64,000 nt of DNA from Ignavibacteriota bacterium. Its GTDB lineage: Bacteria > Bacteroidota > Ignavibacteria > UBA10030. Positions 61,795 to 64,000 of the stretch are shown here, in pieces. The notes beneath the pieces were generated by a model. It saw only the letters and a list, made by a program, of their open reading frames with translations. It was not told where the DNA came from and did no database searches. Both the position numbers and the translations under genes were made by a program. Each line of letters starts with the position of its first letter. Position 1 is the stretch's first letter. Location of the stretch: assembly GCA_963701295.1 (NCBI GenBank), contig OY969585.1, positions 1,920,001 to 1,984,000 on the forward strand, given 5' to 3'.

Positions 61795-64000
61795 ATGCCT
61801 TATACAGAATTAGCAGCAAAGAAAACATTTTCAAAAATTACGATCAGTCTTGCATCACCGGATATGATCCTGAGCCGATCGCACGGGGAAGTAACGAAGC
61901 CGGAGACGATTAATTACCGTTCATTTCGTCCCGAGAAGGATGGATTGTTCTGCGAAAAAATATTCGGTCCGGTTCGCGACTGGGAATGCCATTGCGGAAA
62001 GTACAAACGCATTCGTTATAAAGGGATTACATGCGATCGTTGTGGCGTCGAGGTGACGCAAAAGAGCGTTCGTCGCGAACGGCAGGGACACATTACACTG
62101 GCAGTGCCCGTAGTGCATATTTGGTACTTTCGATCTGTACCTAGCAAAATTGGCACAATTCTTGGTATTGCCGGTAAAGAACTTGAAAAGATCATCTATT
62201 ACGAATCATACGTCGTTGTCAATCCCGGTACAACCGGTTTGCAACAGTTCAATTTGATTTCGGAAGATCAGTATCTCGAAGTTCTTTCTTCGCTCCCTGA
62301 AGAGAATCAGGAACTTGAGGATCACGATCCGAAAAAGTTTATTGCAAAAATGGGCGGTGATGCAATAAAGGATTTATTGAGACGTGTGAATATAGAGGAT
62401 CTCGCAGCAGAATTGCGTGCACAGATTGCAACGGAAACATCAGTCCAGAAAAAACAAGACGCGCTGAAACGTTTGCGCGTTGTTGAAGCGTTCCGCACCC
62501 CGGAAAGTGATGTACCGAACAAACCTGAGTGGATGGTATTGGATGTGATTCCGGTTATTCCGCCAGAATTACGTCCGTTGGTTCCATTGGAAGGTGGGCG
62601 TTTTGCAACATCGGACCTAAATGATTTGTACCGACGCGTTATCATCCGCAATAATCGGCTGAAGCGCCTCATCGAAATTAAGGCGCCGGAAGTAATTCTA
62701 CGCAATGAGAAGCGCATGTTGCAGGAAGCAGTGGATTCGCTGTTCGACAACTCACGTCGTGTTAATGCGGTTCGTTCCGACAATAATCGAGCTTTGAAAT
62801 CTCTTTCAGATATGCTCAAAGGGAAACAGGGACGTTTCCGTCAGAACCTGCTTGGGAAGCGCGTTGATTATTCTGGTCGTTCGGTTATTGTGGTTGGGCC
62901 AGAATTACATTTGCACCAATGTGGTTTGCCGAAAGATATGGCAGTGGAGTTATTCAAACCGCACATTATCCGTAAGCTCATCGAACGCGGTTTGGTAAAA
63001 ACAGTGAAAAGTGCAAAGAAGATGGTAGACAAAAAGGGTCCTGATGTATGGGATATTTTGGAAAACATCATCGATGGACATCCGGTCATGTTGAACCGCG
63101 CCCCAACATTACACCGTCTCGGCATTCAAGCATTTCAACCGGTGTTGGTTGAAGGTAAAGCTATTCGTATTCATCCGATGGTCTGCACAGCGTTTAATGC
63201 AGATTTTGATGGTGACCAGATGGCCGTCCATGTACCGCTTTCGTACGAGGCGCAGCTTGAAGCACGTATGTTGATGCTTTCAAGTCATAATATTCTTTCT
63301 CCGGCAAGCGGCACACCGATTGTTACACCAACACAAGATCAAGTGCTCGGCTGTTATTATCTGACAAAATCGAAAACAGGCGATGTTGGAGAAGGAAATA
63401 TTTTTGCTTCTCCCCAAGAGGTTATCATTGCATATGATCAAGGCAGAGCTGGTTTACATGCAAGGGTGAAAGTACGAATCAATGGAACTTTAATTGAAAC
63501 GACGACAGGTCGGACCATCTTCAATCAAATCGTTCCACCGGAAATTCCTTTTGTGAATGAATTGCTGAATAAGAAACGTCTTGTACAGATAATTTCGACG
63601 GTGTTCCGCCGTTGCGGCAATTTGATCACTGCAAATTTTCTTGATCAACTGAAAACGCTTGGGTTCACATATGCAACCAAGGGCGGACTTTCAGTTTCTA
63701 TCGGTGATGTTGTTATTCCAAAAGAGAAAATTGATCTAGTCGTCAAAGCACAAAAGGATGTAGAGAATGTAGAATCACAATACTTCCGAGGCTTCATCAC
63801 GAATGGCGAGCGATACAATAAGGTGATTGATATCTGGACACGTGTTACTAGTAGAATTGCAGATAGATTATTTGAAGCTTTGCAGCGAGATCGCGATGGA
63901 TTCAACTCTCTTTATATGATGGTCGATTCCGGTGCCCGTGGTTCAAAAGAACAAGTTCGTCAGCTTGCAGGTATGCGCGGATTAATGGCGAAACCGCAAA
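61795..64000 (+). CDS. rpoC: RNA polymerase beta' subunit (3' truncated by window)
   Basis: ATG after GGAGG; read manually: [28 protein letters not shown]. Not in the ORF track because it has no stop in the window. Confidence 0.98.
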   Translation, partial: MPYTELAAKKTFSKITISLASPDMILSRSHGEVTKPETINYRSFRPEKDGLFCEKIFGPVRDWECHCGKYKRIRYKGITCDRCGVEVTQKSVRRERQGHITLAVPVVHIWYFRSVPSKIGTILGIAGKELEKIIYYESYVVVNPGTTGLQQFNLISEDQYLEVLSSLPEENQELEDHDPKKFIAKMGGDAIKDLLRRVNIEDLAAELRAQIATETSVQKKQDALKRLRVVEAFRTPESDVPNKPEWMVLDVIPVIPPELRPLVPLEGGRFATSDLNDLYRRVIIRNNRLKRLIEIKAPEVILRNEKRMLQEAVDSLFDNSRRVNAVRSDNNRALKSLSDMLKGKQGRFRQNLLGKRVDYSGRSVIVVGPELHLHQCGLPKDMAVELFKPHIIRKLIERGLVKTVKSAKKMVDKKGPDVWDILENIIDGHPVMLNRAPTLHRLGIQAFQPVLVEGKAIRIHPMVCTAFNADFDGDQMAVHVPLSYEAQLEARMLMLSSHNILSPASGTPIVTPTQDQVLGCYYLTKSKTGDVGEGNIFASPQEVIIAYDQGRAGLHARVKVRINGTLIETTTGRTIFNQIVPPEIPFVNELLNKKRLVQIISTVFRRCGNLITANFLDQLKTLGFTYATKGGLSVSIGDVVIPKEKIDLVVKAQKDVENVESQYFRGFITNGERYNKVIDIWTRVTSRIADRLFEALQRDRDGFNSLYMMVDSGARGSKEQVRQLAGMRGLMAKPQ

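Overview
Core chromosomal window from an FCB-group bacterium, most consistent with Ignavibacteria. This is inferred from T9SS C-terminal sorting domains (YALSQNYPNPFNP), GGAG Shine-Dalgarno sites, TTGACA-type promoters and gene order. Content in order: pheT 3' end, zapB-like, zapA, 6S RNA, rny, coaE, argD; a DipZ-like redoxin; a 1117-aa T9SS-secreted Ig-repeat protein (S-layer candidate) behind a ~1 kb AT-rich spacer; metH, gpmA, two ferredoxins, queG; one intact IS1595-family element with IRs and an 8-bp target duplication; trxB; a sppA-HU-TPR-bS22-YtxH-DUF948-EF-G2 cluster; uvrA; a CCA-adding enzyme; a TolC/MFP/TPR/ABC/3xMacB export operon; a minus-strand block (YbjQ, CsgG-like, GNAT, MauE, rhodanese, DUF1573, two 3-hydroxyacyl-CoA dehydrogenase genes); a decaying DUF4380-like gene; DUF2723; then tRNA-Thr-Tyr-Gly-Thr, rpmG, tRNA-Trp, secE, nusG, rplKAJL, rpoB and partial rpoC, with no tuf gene. 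The most interesting signals are: the secreted protein packed with D-(S/T)-x O-glycosylation sequons, with a TMEM260-like GT-C candidate in the window; an enlarged 6S RNA; a Rieske protein with HxH instead of CxH; a Cys-motif gene trio; heptamer repeats inserted in frame in metH; and an unannotated bS22 gene. Three genes carry single-base frameshifts that look like sequencing errors. All family calls come from motif recognition by eye; no searches were run.
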